The notes under the pieces are model-generated. The model searched no databases, was not told where the DNA came from, and was given only the letters and a program-made list of their open reading frames with translations. The position numbers were made by a program, and so were the translations under genes. A DNA stretch of 64,000 bases from Spirochaetota bacterium (GTDB taxonomy: Bacteria > Spirochaetota > UBA4802 > UBA5550), in assembly GCA_963664815.2 (NCBI GenBank), contig CAXXHB010000003.1:2272001-2336000 (forward strand), read 5' to 3'. Shown here in pieces: positions 9,674 through 19,246 of this stretch (within the stretch, counting starts at the first letter, position 1; each line of letters starts with the position of its first letter).

Positions 9674-11223
9674 TGAATCACTCCGAGGAATTATTTAAAC
9701 TGAACGTACTCAATTCAAAGATTAATAAAAATCTTGAAATGGGAGGCGAAAAAAAAGTTTCAATACAGCACAGAAAAGGAAAATTTACTGTCAGGGAAAG
9801 AATAGATATTCTTCTTGATCGTGACACTTTCGACGAATTCGGCATTCTCTGCCATAGCGATCTTCCCGAAGCTGTTACCAAATCTCCGGCAGATGGTAAA
9901 GTATGCGGATTCGGAAAAATAGACAGAAGATACGTATATGTTTCCGGAGATGATGTTACTGTCATGTCTGGTGCCGGAGGAAGGATCGGCGTAATTAAAG
10001 CGCAGAAGAACCTCCAGTATGCGACAAGAAAAGGTTATCCCTGCATACACCTTGGCGATGGCGGCGGAGCCCGTATCCCTGATACAATGGGTTCATACGG
10101 AATAATGAAAGCACTCGATCTTGTTGAGCCTCACACGCGCGAAGTCCCCTTCATCGTTGCCATAATGGGGGAATGCTACGGCGGCCCCTCCTGGGAGGCG
10201 GCAATATCAGATGTAGTTGTTCAGGTTAAGGGTTCAGTCATGGCTGTCTCCTCACCCAGAATAATTGAAGTTGCCACCGGCGAGAAGTTAACCTCTGAAG
10301 AAATAGGTGGATGGGAACTTCACGCAAATATTACCGGGCAGGTCGATCTCTTTGCTGAAAATGATGAAGAATGTCTCTGGATGATAAGAAAACTTCTTTC
10401 TTACCTTCCGTCCAATGCCCATGAGTTCCCGCCGGATGCGCCATGTAATGATCCCGGGGATGTAAAAATAGAATCTATCTTCGAAGCGGTGCCATCAGAT
10501 CCTAAACAGCTGTATGATATGCATAATGTCCTCAACCTTATATTTGACAGTGAAAGTATAATGGAGCTCAAGCCCTACTATGATGGAAGTCTTATTACCT
10601 GCTTTGCCCGTCTCAATGGACATTCCGTCGGTGTACTTGCCAATAACCCGATATTCAACGCAGGCGCAATGGGCCCCGATGCATGTGATAAAGCAATCGC
10701 ATTTATCTGTCTCTGCGATTCATTCAACGTTCCCATGATATTTGTTCACGATACGCCGGGTTTCCTTGTAAGCCGTGCAGCAGAAGAGAAAAAGATGCCT
10801 TTTAAAATAATGTCAATGATTAAGGCACTTCAGCTTCGTACAGTTCCATGCTTCAGCCTTATTATACGAAAATCATACGGGATGGCTCACCATAATATGG
10901 CTGGAGGAAAACTCGCCGACTCAATTATAGCCTGGCCTACAGCTGACATCTCATTCATGGCTCCTGATGTAGCAATTAATGCAACCTTTGACCAGAGCAT
11001 GTCAGGAAATCCGGAGATGGAAAAGATGAAACAGGCATTTATGCAGGAGATGATCCGCAAAGCTGAACCATGGGAGGCTGCAGGCTTAAACCTTATAGAT
11101 AAAATAATAGACCCCCGTGATACCAGGACAGAGCTTATTAAAGCGCTGGAGCTTTCACGCGGTAATCATGGAGAGCGCGGAAAAAGCAGGCGGCTCCTGG
11201 CTTCATGGCCACGCATGATATAA
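9673..11223 (+). CDS. Acyl-CoA carboxylase beta subunit (carboxyltransferase)
   Basis: RERIDILLD, DGGGARIPD, DTPGF, RKSYG, IIDPRDTR; TAATG coupling to the alpha gene. Confidence 0.92.
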   Translation: MNHSEELFKLNVLNSKINKNLEMGGEKKVSIQHRKGKFTVRERIDILLDRDTFDEFGILCHSDLPEAVTKSPADGKVCGFGKIDRRYVYVSGDDVTVMSGAGGRIGVIKAQKNLQYATRKGYPCIHLGDGGGARIPDTMGSYGIMKALDLVEPHTREVPFIVAIMGECYGGPSWEAAISDVVVQVKGSVMAVSSPRIIEVATGEKLTSEEIGGWELHANITGQVDLFAENDEECLWMIRKLLSYLPSNAHEFPPDAPCNDPGDVKIESIFEAVPSDPKQLYDMHNVLNLIFDSESIMELKPYYDGSLITCFARLNGHSVGVLANNPIFNAGAMGPDACDKAIAFICLCDSFNVPMIFVHDTPGFLVSRAAEEKKMPFKIMSMIKALQLRTVPCFSLIIRKSYGMAHHNMAGGKLADSIIAWPTADISFMAPDVAINATFDQSMSGNPEMEKMKQAFMQEMIRKAEPWEAAGLNLIDKIIDPRDTRTELIKALELSRGNHGERGKSRRLLASWPRMI

Positions 11224-11236
11224 TAATCTTTAACGG

Positions 11237-11283
11237 TTTCTTTATAATAATTTTAAAAATAATTTAAAATTATTATAAAGAAA
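11237..11283. repeat. 21-bp perfect AT-rich inverted repeat after the carboxylase operon (terminator or cruciform)
   Basis: TTTCTTTATAATAATTTTAAA-AATAA-TTTAAAATTATTATAAAGAAA. Confidence 0.65.
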
Positions 11284-11671
11284 TATCTGCCATAATCACA
11301 GCATGAGTTAATGACTGTGAATTGCGGTATATTACAGTATATATGATATCACTTCTTTTTATTATTCTCTTACCTTATCTTCTTCATATCTTTTATCCTG
11401 CGATATAAACAAGTTGAACATAAATTTATCCATATTTTATATTTTGTTACTTCTTTTTTTAATAACACCATTTTACCAGGTATATAATAACCTGAAAAAA
11501 TACCACTCCGGAATTGAATAAGTATTTAAATGATTTGTTTAAAAAATCCATTTATGCTTGACAGTTTTTCTGTCTGAACCAGAATAACCTGGTAGCAATA
11601 GATATTTATAATAAATTAAAATTAACTCATACTTATAAAAAAATTTATTTGCCGATTTGAATAACTTTTTT

Positions 11672-11770
11672 TATTTCCGATTGATAGTTGCAGCACCCCT
11701 GAATAAATCCGGGGATGATACGGAATTGAGTTCCCGGTGATTAATCCCGTATCAGACAGATCGGAAAATA
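11672..11770 (+). ncRNA. Candidate structured 5' leader (three-way junction) of the dehydratase operon
   Basis: Closing stem TTTCCGAT/ATCGGAAA encloses hairpins CCCCTGA/TCCGGGG and TGATACGG...CCGTATCA; lies downstream of TTGACA-16-CAGAAT (11558-11585). Confidence 0.4.
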
Positions 11771-11791
11771 TGTTGAGCTGGAGGGAAGATA

Positions 11792-12949
11792 ATGAAGGAT
11801 ATTCTGGTTGAATTTAAAGATTGCTGTGATCATCCATATAAACGTGTTGCTGAATTAAAATCAGCCCGCAACACCAAAATCATAGGGATTCTTCCGATGT
11901 ACTTCCCGGAAGAGATTGTTCATGCTGCCGGTGCAATTCCGATTACCCTTTTCGGGAGTGACGAGCCAATTACACTTGGCGACAGCCATATGATGACAAA
12001 TGCCTGTGACCAGGTACGCAGTTCTTTTGACAGTCTTCTGAAGGGAAAATACGATTTCGTTGACGGTATTGCCGCTATCTCAGTTTGTGACCAGGTTAGA
12101 TTTTTTATGGAGATATGGCAGCTTGATCATCAGGTCCCTTACTTCCACCAGATGTGGCGCCCTCATAAACTTGACAGCACAAACAGAATTTATCTCGTCA
12201 CTGAGCTTAAAAGGCTTATCTCAAGCCTTGAAGCTTTTACCGGTAAAAAAATTACAAATGATGCTCTCCATGAAAGCATTCGTGTTTACAACGAATCGCG
12301 TTCAATGATGAGAAAACTTAATAAATTACGCAAAGAACATCCCGGTGTAATAAGCGCCTCAGACTTTGTCAGGGTCATTGCTTCCAGCATGCTTATGCAA
12401 AGAGAGGATCACAATGCTCTTCTTAAGCAGCTTCTTCAGCAAATTGAAAAAGCCACAGAGCCGGCGGGTAAAAAACAAAAAGTTGTTATTTTAGGCCATC
12501 CCTGTGCCATTCCCGAGACAAAACTGCTTGATTTAATTGAAGACAATGGCCTGACCATTGTTGATGACGATTTTTTCACCGGAGCCCGCTATTTCGCAAA
12601 AGATATCTCCACTGACGGAGATCCAGTTGAGGCTTTCGCAGATTTTTATATGGACTCTATCCCATGTACAACCATTCACTATGCGGATAACTGGACCGGA
12701 GGGGACAAGAGTTGCTCTCCATATGCTGATTACGGTATCAATCTGGCAAAAGATGTACAGGCAGGGGGGATTATCGTATTAAGAGAGATGTACTGTGATC
12801 CTTACGATCTTGAGTTTATAATGATGAAGGAAAGATTCGAAAAAGAGAGCATTCCGTATCTCACTATCTTTACGGAACATGGCCCTGGACCGCTTGAAGC
12901 TGTCCGTACAAGAATACAGGCATTTGAAGAAACCCTGCGGTTTTCCTGA
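11792..12949 (+). CDS. 2-hydroxyacyl-CoA dehydratase / benzoyl-CoA reductase-like subunit (HgdB/BcrC type)
   Basis: PEEIVHAAG, FeS cysteines (AC, VCD, YCDP), C-terminal RTRIQAFEE of the HGD-D family. Confidence 0.88.
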   Translation: MKDILVEFKDCCDHPYKRVAELKSARNTKIIGILPMYFPEEIVHAAGAIPITLFGSDEPITLGDSHMMTNACDQVRSSFDSLLKGKYDFVDGIAAISVCDQVRFFMEIWQLDHQVPYFHQMWRPHKLDSTNRIYLVTELKRLISSLEAFTGKKITNDALHESIRVYNESRSMMRKLNKLRKEHPGVISASDFVRVIASSMLMQREDHNALLKQLLQQIEKATEPAGKKQKVVILGHPCAIPETKLLDLIEDNGLTIVDDDFFTGARYFAKDISTDGDPVEAFADFYMDSIPCTTIHYADNWTGGDKSCSPYADYGINLAKDVQAGGIIVLREMYCDPYDLEFIMMKERFEKESIPYLTIFTEHGPGPLEAVRTRIQAFEETLRFS

Positions 12950-12963
12950 CAGGCAAATAAGGC

Positions 12964-13746
12964 ATGATTACTGCTGGTATTGATATTGGATCGACAACGA
13001 CGAAAGCTGTCATTCTCGGTGAAAGCGAAAATATAATTTCATATGCTGTTCAGCCGACCGGCTTTGACATAACTGATGTCAGCCACAGGGTAATAGAAGA
13101 TGCTTTAGTCAAAGCTGGTCTTAAAATTGACGATGTTAACGGCATTGTTGCAACTGGTTATGGCAGAATAAGCATCCCATTTGCCTCTACCACAATCACA
13201 GAAATTACATGCAATGCGGCCGGAGTTCATTATCTCTATCCCGATGCTACTCTGGTCATCGACATTGGGGGTCAGGACAGCAAAGTCATTAAAATTGATG
13301 GCAAGGGTCGTGTCGTTCAGTTTGCCATGAATGATAAATGTGCAGCCGGTACCGGGAAGTTTCTCGAAGTTGCCGCGCAGACTCTGGGGATGCCTGTGAG
13401 TGAAATAGGCAACACCTCTCTTCAGTCAAAAAACAGAGTAACTATCAGCAGCACCTGTACAGTTTTCGCACAGACAGAAATTGTTTCATTAATTGCACGT
13501 AAAACATCTAAAGAAGATATAGCCGCCGGACTGCACGAATCAATTGTAAGCAGGGTATACGGATTAATAAGCACTGTAAATCCTGAACCAGGTGCATGTA
13601 CGGTGATGACCGGAGGAGTTGCTAAAAACGTGGCCATTGTATCACTGCTGCAGCGGATGATGGGAAGGATTAACCTTGTCCCGGATAATCCGCAGATTGT
13701 AACCGCATTAGGTGCAGCTCTTTTAGCGAGGCGGCTGAATGATTAA
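12964..13746 (+). CDS. ATP-dependent [4Fe-4S] activator (BcrAD/BadFG/HgdC family)
   Basis: GIDIGSTTTK, TGYGR, DIGGQDSK, MNDKCAAGTG, SSTCTVFA, TGGVAKN. Confidence 0.95.
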   Translation: MITAGIDIGSTTTKAVILGESENIISYAVQPTGFDITDVSHRVIEDALVKAGLKIDDVNGIVATGYGRISIPFASTTITEITCNAAGVHYLYPDATLVIDIGGQDSKVIKIDGKGRVVQFAMNDKCAAGTGKFLEVAAQTLGMPVSEIGNTSLQSKNRVTISSTCTVFAQTEIVSLIARKTSKEDIAAGLHESIVSRVYGLISTVNPEPGACTVMTGGVAKNVAIVSLLQRMMGRINLVPDNPQIVTALGAALLARRLND

Positions 13747-13851
13747 CCTGCTTTCGGATCAATGATGATCTGTTATTATTACTTTTAAATGTATCCGGGA
13801 TCTTTAATTTTAAAAAAGATCCTGTAGAAGAAAAATATGGAGGGAGTTAAC

Positions 13852-15099
13852 ATGGCAGAAAAGGAATATAAAGTCGGTCAGAGAATGGATGGCCAGAAAA
13901 GGCTTGCAAAACTGATAATGTCTCACTACGGCGGAGCGCTTGAAATAGATAAAACCAGGTCACAGCCTATAGCCTGGGTATCAGCCGGCGCGCCGAATGA
14001 ACTTTTATGGGCTATGGACTTCTTCATACAGTTTCCCGAAGCCTATGCCGCTACATGCGGCGCAAGGCATTTCGGTCATACACACTGCGAGATTACCGAA
14101 GCTCATGGCTATGAGCATCATCTCTGTACTTATTGCAGAAACAGCCTTGGTTCTACTATTGCCCTTCAGGAAGGAAAAGAAACTTTCGAACCACTTGCAC
14201 GTCCTGATGTTCTTATTGTAGCAAACAGCAGCTGTATACTTATTACCAAGTGGTGGGAACACCTGAGCCACCTGTGGAATATCCCGCTTTTTAACATTGA
14301 CTGTCCTCTTGTAGTATCAGAAGATAATGAGAAAGAGATCATTGAGCATGTAAAACGCCAATGCCTTGAACTGATCACGTTTCTTGAGAAGTTTACAGGA
14401 AAGAAATTTGATTATGACAAGCTGCAGGAGATTACAATCAACGCTAAACGGAGTACCGATAACTACCGTTCGATGCTGAAAGCTAACATGAACAATCCGG
14501 TTCCGGCAACTTTTTTTGATATTATGGGTCACAATTTTCCCAACCTGGCATTACGCTACAAACCTGAAGCAGGTGAACATTATCGTCTGATGACAGAAGA
14601 GCTTAATCAGCGTATAACTGACGGTGTTATTCCCATGCCCATATCAGATATGAAATACCGTATCTACTGGGATGGTATTCCATACTGGTTTGCTATCAGA
14701 AGCCTTTCCGAAAAGCTTCAGAGCCTTGGCATGTGCCTGGTCACCAGCGGTTATTTTGATCTTTTTGCATTCGACAGACTTGATCCGGCACATCCCTTCG
14801 ACAGTGTTGCCGAAGGCGTTGCTACGATGATTCTGAATCATAATCCAAGTTACAAGGCAGCTATAACCGAACGTATATTCCGGGAATATAACCTTGATGG
14901 AGGAATTTTCGCATATGCCCAGAGTTGTAAGCCATTTTCAATTACCATGCGTTATATCTCCGATTATATCCAGAAAAAACTGGATGTTCCGATAACAATG
15001 ATAGAAGGTGACCTTATTGATCACACTTTCTATGATGAAGAAAGAAACAACATGAAATTACAGGCACTCGCTGAAACTCTTGCAGCAAGAAAGGGTTAG
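13852..15099 (+). CDS. 2-hydroxyacyl-CoA dehydratase / benzoyl-CoA reductase-like subunit (HgdA/BcrB type)
   Basis: FPEAYAA, LCTY, SSC, SCKPFS, IEGD; start placed at the ATG after GGAG (13837 is an alternative). Confidence 0.88.
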   Translation: MAEKEYKVGQRMDGQKRLAKLIMSHYGGALEIDKTRSQPIAWVSAGAPNELLWAMDFFIQFPEAYAATCGARHFGHTHCEITEAHGYEHHLCTYCRNSLGSTIALQEGKETFEPLARPDVLIVANSSCILITKWWEHLSHLWNIPLFNIDCPLVVSEDNEKEIIEHVKRQCLELITFLEKFTGKKFDYDKLQEITINAKRSTDNYRSMLKANMNNPVPATFFDIMGHNFPNLALRYKPEAGEHYRLMTEELNQRITDGVIPMPISDMKYRIYWDGIPYWFAIRSLSEKLQSLGMCLVTSGYFDLFAFDRLDPAHPFDSVAEGVATMILNHNPSYKAAITERIFREYNLDGGIFAYAQSCKPFSITMRYISDYIQKKLDVPITMIEGDLIDHTFYDEERNNMKLQALAETLAARKG

Positions 15100-15127
15100 T
15101 ATCAACGAATCAGGACTCTCAGTCTGC

Positions 15128-15171
15128 ATAAAAAAACGATGATTCAGAATACCTGATCATCGTTTTTTTAT
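15128..15171. terminator. Bidirectional intrinsic terminator
   Basis: ATAAAAAAACGATGAT...ATCATCGTTTTTTTAT between convergent genes. Confidence 0.8.
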
Positions 15172-15232
15172 TTACCTTAAATAAATATCAACGTTAATTA
15201 TACAGTAATAAATCAATCTCTTTCAGAATATC

Positions 15233-16294
15233 TTATTTTAAGGTGATTGATTTATTTCCTCCATCTATCACTTTACCTATTATTGCGGCCTGTTCAATCC
15301 CGGCCTTTTTCATTTCAAACACCATCTCTTCAGCTTTTTTATCAGGAAGAGAAATTAAAAGACCACCCGATGTCTGAGGATCGAATAAAATATCAGCGAG
15401 TTCGCGACTGACATTTTCAGATATGATACATTTTTCCCCGGCATACGTTCTGTTTCTGTAAAGACCGCCGGGGATCAGTCCCATAGCCGCATTTTCAACT
15501 ACACCATCAAGAAGAGGAAGTTTTGTTGCGTCCAGCACAACAGAGCAGGCTGTCCCTTCAATCATTTCAAGAATATGACCTGCAAGTCCGAATCCAGTCA
15601 CATCAGTACATGCATTAACATTATACTTTAACATTATTTCTGCAGCACATCTGTTCAGAGTCCCCATGGATTTAATAAAACCTTTCAGAATTGCTTCAGC
15701 TGCCAGCCCTGCTTTTAATGCTGTTGCAATTATCCCCGTTCCAAGAGGTTTTGTAATAACCAGTGAATCTCCCGGTTTCAAACCATTATTCCTCAGCACT
15801 TTTTCCGGATGCACAACTCCTGTTACAGACAGGCCATATTTAAGTTCAGGATCATCAATGCTGTGCCCGCCAAGCAACTGCACACCAGCTTCTTTCATTA
15901 CTGAAAGCCCGCCATCAAGAATTTTACTCAGGATATCCAGTGAAAATTTCTGCAAGGGAAAAGCGACAATATTCATGGCAGTAACTGGCCTGCCACCCAT
16001 AGCATATACATCTGAAAGAGAATTACACGCAGCTATCCTGCCGAACTCAAACGGATCGTCGCATACGGGAGTTATAAAATCGAGTGTCTGTACCAGCGCA
16101 AGCTCACTGCTTACCCGGTAAACACCGGCATCGTCCTTATCTCCGCTCCCTACAATAACATTTATGTCAGAAGGAATTACAAGTCCTTTCATGACGCCGT
16201 ATAGATCCTCCGGACCTATCTTGGCCGCTCAACCGGCTCCGGTTACAGACTCAGTGAGTCTCAGCATATTGAGCTGCCTGCAGATTTCACTCAT
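15233..16294 (-). CDS. selD: Selenide, water dikinase (selenophosphate synthetase), selenocysteine-containing
   Basis: DDAGVY, QTLDFITP, GGHS, TDVTGFGL, DPQTSGGLL; frame extends upstream through TGA at 16229-16231 to give MSEICRQLNMLRLTESVTGAG-U-AAKIGPEDL, matching the SelD G[C/U]xxK motif; SD-like AAGGGG before ATG 16294. Confidence 0.95.
16196..16225 (-). promoter_or_regulatory. Bacterial SECIS element
   Basis: Just 3' of the UGA: GCC-AAG-ATAGGTCC-GGA-GGATCTAT-AC-GGC, an 8-bp stem with apical GGA loop. Confidence 0.8.
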
Positions 16295-16296
16295 AC

Positions 16297-17202
16297 TTAC
16301 CCCTTTTTATAATTATTGAGAATAAATGATACAAGCCTTCCGGCAGGTTCATGAAGAGTTCTGACATTTGACACAACAAGAAAAAAATCTCTTCTTATAT
16401 CAAGGCCTTTTATATCCACAATTTTAAGTTTTCCGGATTTAATGTCATCTTCTATTGCAAGCTTTGAAATAAATGCAAGTCCCAGCCCATTAATAACCGC
16501 CTCTTTGATACCTTCCGATGATGAACATTCCATAACCACATTCAGTTCAGATGGAATAATATCCATCTGGTTGAGATACATCTCGGCGGCATTTTTTGTT
16601 CCTGACCCGCTTTCACGAAATATAAGAGGAACAGTTTTCAAATCTTCTGCTTTAATTGATCCACTATAATCATTCCCTGAAACAAGCACAACCTGATCTT
16701 CAAATATTTTTGTGTATGTAAGGGCAGGATGCCGTATTTCTCTTCCAACAATTGCGAGGTCGGCTTCACCCTGTTTTATTTTTTCAATAGCTTCCCTGCT
16801 GTTCCCTATATCGAGTTTAAAAAATATGCCATCCTGTTCATTTTTTTTGAAAGTTGAGAGTATTTCAGGAATAATGTAAGAACCAGGCATTGAACTTGAT
16901 ATTATATTTATAACTCCCCCGAATGTTCCCTCCTGCATCTCTGCTTTAAGGCCATCAATATCTCTCATCAATCTGTTGCAGAATTTTACGAATACCTTCC
17001 CTTCTCCTGTTAAAGAAAAATCCTGGCTGTTACGATGTATCAGTTTTACTCCCAGCATTTTTTCAATCTGGCCTATCTGATGGCTGATGGAAGCCTGGCT
17101 TATTTTTAAATTTCTTGAAGCATTTGTGAAACTCTTTTCATTTACAACTTCAATGAAAGAACGTATCTGCTTGAGATCAAAATTAAAATCCTTTAATGCC
17201 AT
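16297..17202 (-). CDS. LysR family regulator (CysL-like, selenium-metabolism associated)
   Basis: LysR HTH SFTNASRNLKISQASISHQI; RESGSGT motif; ends 2 bp before selD. Confidence 0.9.
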   Translation of the reverse strand: MALKDFNFDLKQIRSFIEVVNEKSFTNASRNLKISQASISHQIGQIEKMLGVKLIHRNSQDFSLTGEGKVFVKFCNRLMRDIDGLKAEMQEGTFGGVINIISSSMPGSYIIPEILSTFKKNEQDGIFFKLDIGNSREAIEKIKQGEADLAIVGREIRHPALTYTKIFEDQVVLVSGNDYSGSIKAEDLKTVPLIFRESGSGTKNAAEMYLNQMDIIPSELNVVMECSSSEGIKEAVINGLGLAFISKLAIEDDIKSGKLKIVDIKGLDIRRDFFLVVSNVRTLHEPAGRLVSFILNNYKKG

Positions 17203-17224
17203 ATCTGCTCCGTAATATATTATT

Positions 17225-18115
17225 TCAGATAAACTCTACAGAATACTTTTTCCGAAGTGAGTGTCTGTTGAATTTAACAGCTGGTTTTCCTATAGCTATC
17301 ACTGAATGAACCCTGTTTTTTTCATAAATATCAAGCTCATTTTTTATCGCAGAACTGCGATTCAAAGCTTCAACAGCAAATCCTATAAGGCATGTACCGA
17401 GCCCCATGTAATGGGCAAGCATACATATGTTATACGAAGCATATGTTGCATCCTCAATCGGAGTGCTGCCATCAACCGGTCCATGAACTATTACTACACA
17501 TGGTGCTCCATGAAATAAACGATCAATCCCCTCTTCAGATTCCTTTATTGCCAGTTCTACTGTATTATAATGATCACTGTAATAATTTATAAGGGCTTTA
17601 CCCATAAAAGGCACTGAAAGATACCTGATAAGACTGTTTCCGGCAACTTTATTTATTTTCAGAAAGAATTCTTTAATCCTCACAGCAAATTCCCAGACTT
17701 TATCCCTTCCGTTTATTATTGTAAATTCCCATTCCTGACAGTTGCTTCCCGAAGGTGCTGTTACGGCAAATTCAACCAGATCCCTCAGGATATCATCACC
17801 AATTTCTTCTTTTGTATATTTTCTTATACTTCTTCTTGACCTGAACGCATTTACAAGATCTTCCGGAGATATATCTGCGGGGCCTTTTATTCTCTCTCTG
17901 TATCCAAACGTTTTAAACTCAAGATCCACAAGTTCATTATTAAAAGAAACAGCGCCATATTCACATACAGCGTAACAATGAGAACACAGCATACATTCAT
18001 TTTCATTAACTCCTGCTTTTTTGTTCTCAAGATACAGAACCTGTTTAGGGCAGATATTAACGCATTTTCCGCATCCTGTACAATTTGCTTCATTAATAAC
18101 CGGTGCTGAATTCAT
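17225..18115 (-). CDS. Nitroreductase with N-terminal 2x[4Fe-4S] ferredoxin domain
   Basis: CTGCGKCVNICP and CMLCSHCYAVC; RRSIRKY, APSGSN, GLGTCLIG; start at ATG after AAGGT (TTG 18130 is an alternative). Confidence 0.9.
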   Translation of the reverse strand: MNSAPVINEANCTGCGKCVNICPKQVLYLENKKAGVNENECMLCSHCYAVCEYGAVSFNNELVDLEFKTFGYRERIKGPADISPEDLVNAFRSRRSIRKYTKEEIGDDILRDLVEFAVTAPSGSNCQEWEFTIINGRDKVWEFAVRIKEFFLKINKVAGNSLIRYLSVPFMGKALINYYSDHYNTVELAIKESEEGIDRLFHGAPCVVIVHGPVDGSTPIEDATYASYNICMLAHYMGLGTCLIGFAVEALNRSSAIKNELDIYEKNRVHSVIAIGKPAVKFNRHSLRKKYSVEFI

Positions 18116-18500
18116 CAATGTTACCTTCAATTTTATATTTATAATAATAGTTTATTGCAATATTATTATTTAAGTATGTTATTAAAAAATCACATCCTTA
18201 ACCATATATTCAAATGTTTCATTATTATTATTATAATCAAGCATAATAAGGTTTCTGTTTATTGACAGATTAATAAATCATTATTTATTCATTATTTTTT
18301 TATTATAAAAGTCTCCATTTTTTATAAATTATTACTTAAAACATACCATATTTAACTATGAGTGGCGGAATCTGTAAAACAACTGACTCGTAAACAGGAA
18401 ATATTTATAACAAATACTGATCTGCTTATATAAATTGACTTTCAGGGAGTATTTTTAATATTCACATGGACAAAAAATGTATGCTGATCCAGAAATAATA

Positions 18501-18528
18501 TTGACACAAAAAAAGCATCGGATAGGTT
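18501..18528 (+). promoter_or_regulatory. Putative promoter of the tRNA cluster
   Basis: TTGACA-16 bp-TAGGTT just upstream of tRNA-Pro. Confidence 0.5.
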
Positions 18529-18544
18529 GACACTCGTTCCTGAA

Positions 18545-18619
18545 CGGGGCGTGGCTCAGTCCGGCTAGAGCGCGTGGTTTGGGACCATGAGATCGGAGGT
18601 TCGAATCCTCTCGCCCCGA
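18545..18619 (+). tRNA. tRNA-Pro(TGG)
   Basis: Acceptor CGGGGCG/CGCCCCG, anticodon arm CGTGG-TTTGGGA-CCATG, T-loop GTTCGAATC. Confidence 0.96.
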
Positions 18620-18653
18620 AGTTACTATCAGGAGTAATAAAAGTTTTCCAGAT

Positions 18654-18727
<74 letters not shown>

Positions 18728-18742
18728 CATTTTAAAATACAT

Positions 18743-18815
18743 GGTGATCGTAGTTCAATGGTAGAGCCCTGGATTGTGGTTCCAGTCGTTGCGGGTTCGA
18801 GCCCCGTCGATCACC
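18743..18815 (+). tRNA. tRNA-His(GTG)
   Basis: G-1 plus acceptor GTGATCG/CGATCAC, discriminator C, anticodon arm CTGGA-TTGTGGT-TCCAG. Confidence 0.96.
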
Positions 18816-18832
18816 CATTATGTAACGAGTCC

Positions 18833-18862
18833 GAACTCGCTGTCATAACTGGCAGCGAGTTC
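18833..18862 (+). terminator. Hairpin after the tRNA cluster
   Basis: GAACTCGCTGTCA-TAAC-TGGCAGCGAGTTC followed by a pyrimidine/T-rich tail. Confidence 0.65.
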
Positions 18863-18914
18863 TCTATTTTAAGTACCAAATTATACATAACAAACTGATA
18901 AAACAACTTTCATA

Positions 18915-19083
18915 TTATTACAAATTATTTTTTATTTGCACTTATATCAGCAATTTCTTTAAAGCTATCCGCTGCAGATTTAAATGTGGGAATTAATCTC
19001 TGGTATGCATGGTTTTAGCCTTCGTTTAAGAATGTATTCATGTGTAAAAAGACTGTACAAGCTACAATAATCATTTTGATATG
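18915..19083 (+). pseudogene. Probable 5' remnant of an exported protein gene
   Basis: Frame reads ...FLFALISAISLKLSA-ADLNVGINLWYAWF*PSFKNVF...: signal-peptide-like segment and beta-strand-like start, TAG at 19016-19018, no intact start. Confidence 0.4.
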
Positions 19084-19188
19084 AAATCACTACTCTGTAC
19101 TTAAACAGCACAACTGCAGCTGAATACTTTTCTGTTTAAAAACCTTATTTAAATTATTTTCTTATTTTTTATATTGTAGAGCAAAAAT

Positions 19189-19216
19189 TTGACTTAACCG
19201 TTTTTATCATTATACT
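19189..19216 (+). promoter_or_regulatory. Sigma70-type promoter
   Basis: TTGACT-16 bp-TATACT upstream of the 19247 ORF. Confidence 0.65.
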
Positions 19217-19246
19217 ATTTATAAAAACTATAGTGGAGGCGGGTAT

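Noticed and set aside
18360-18398. tRNA-Leu-like fragment GAGTGGCGGAATCTGTAAAAC
   Set aside because: Only a D-arm-like word; no acceptor stem or T-arm can be formed.
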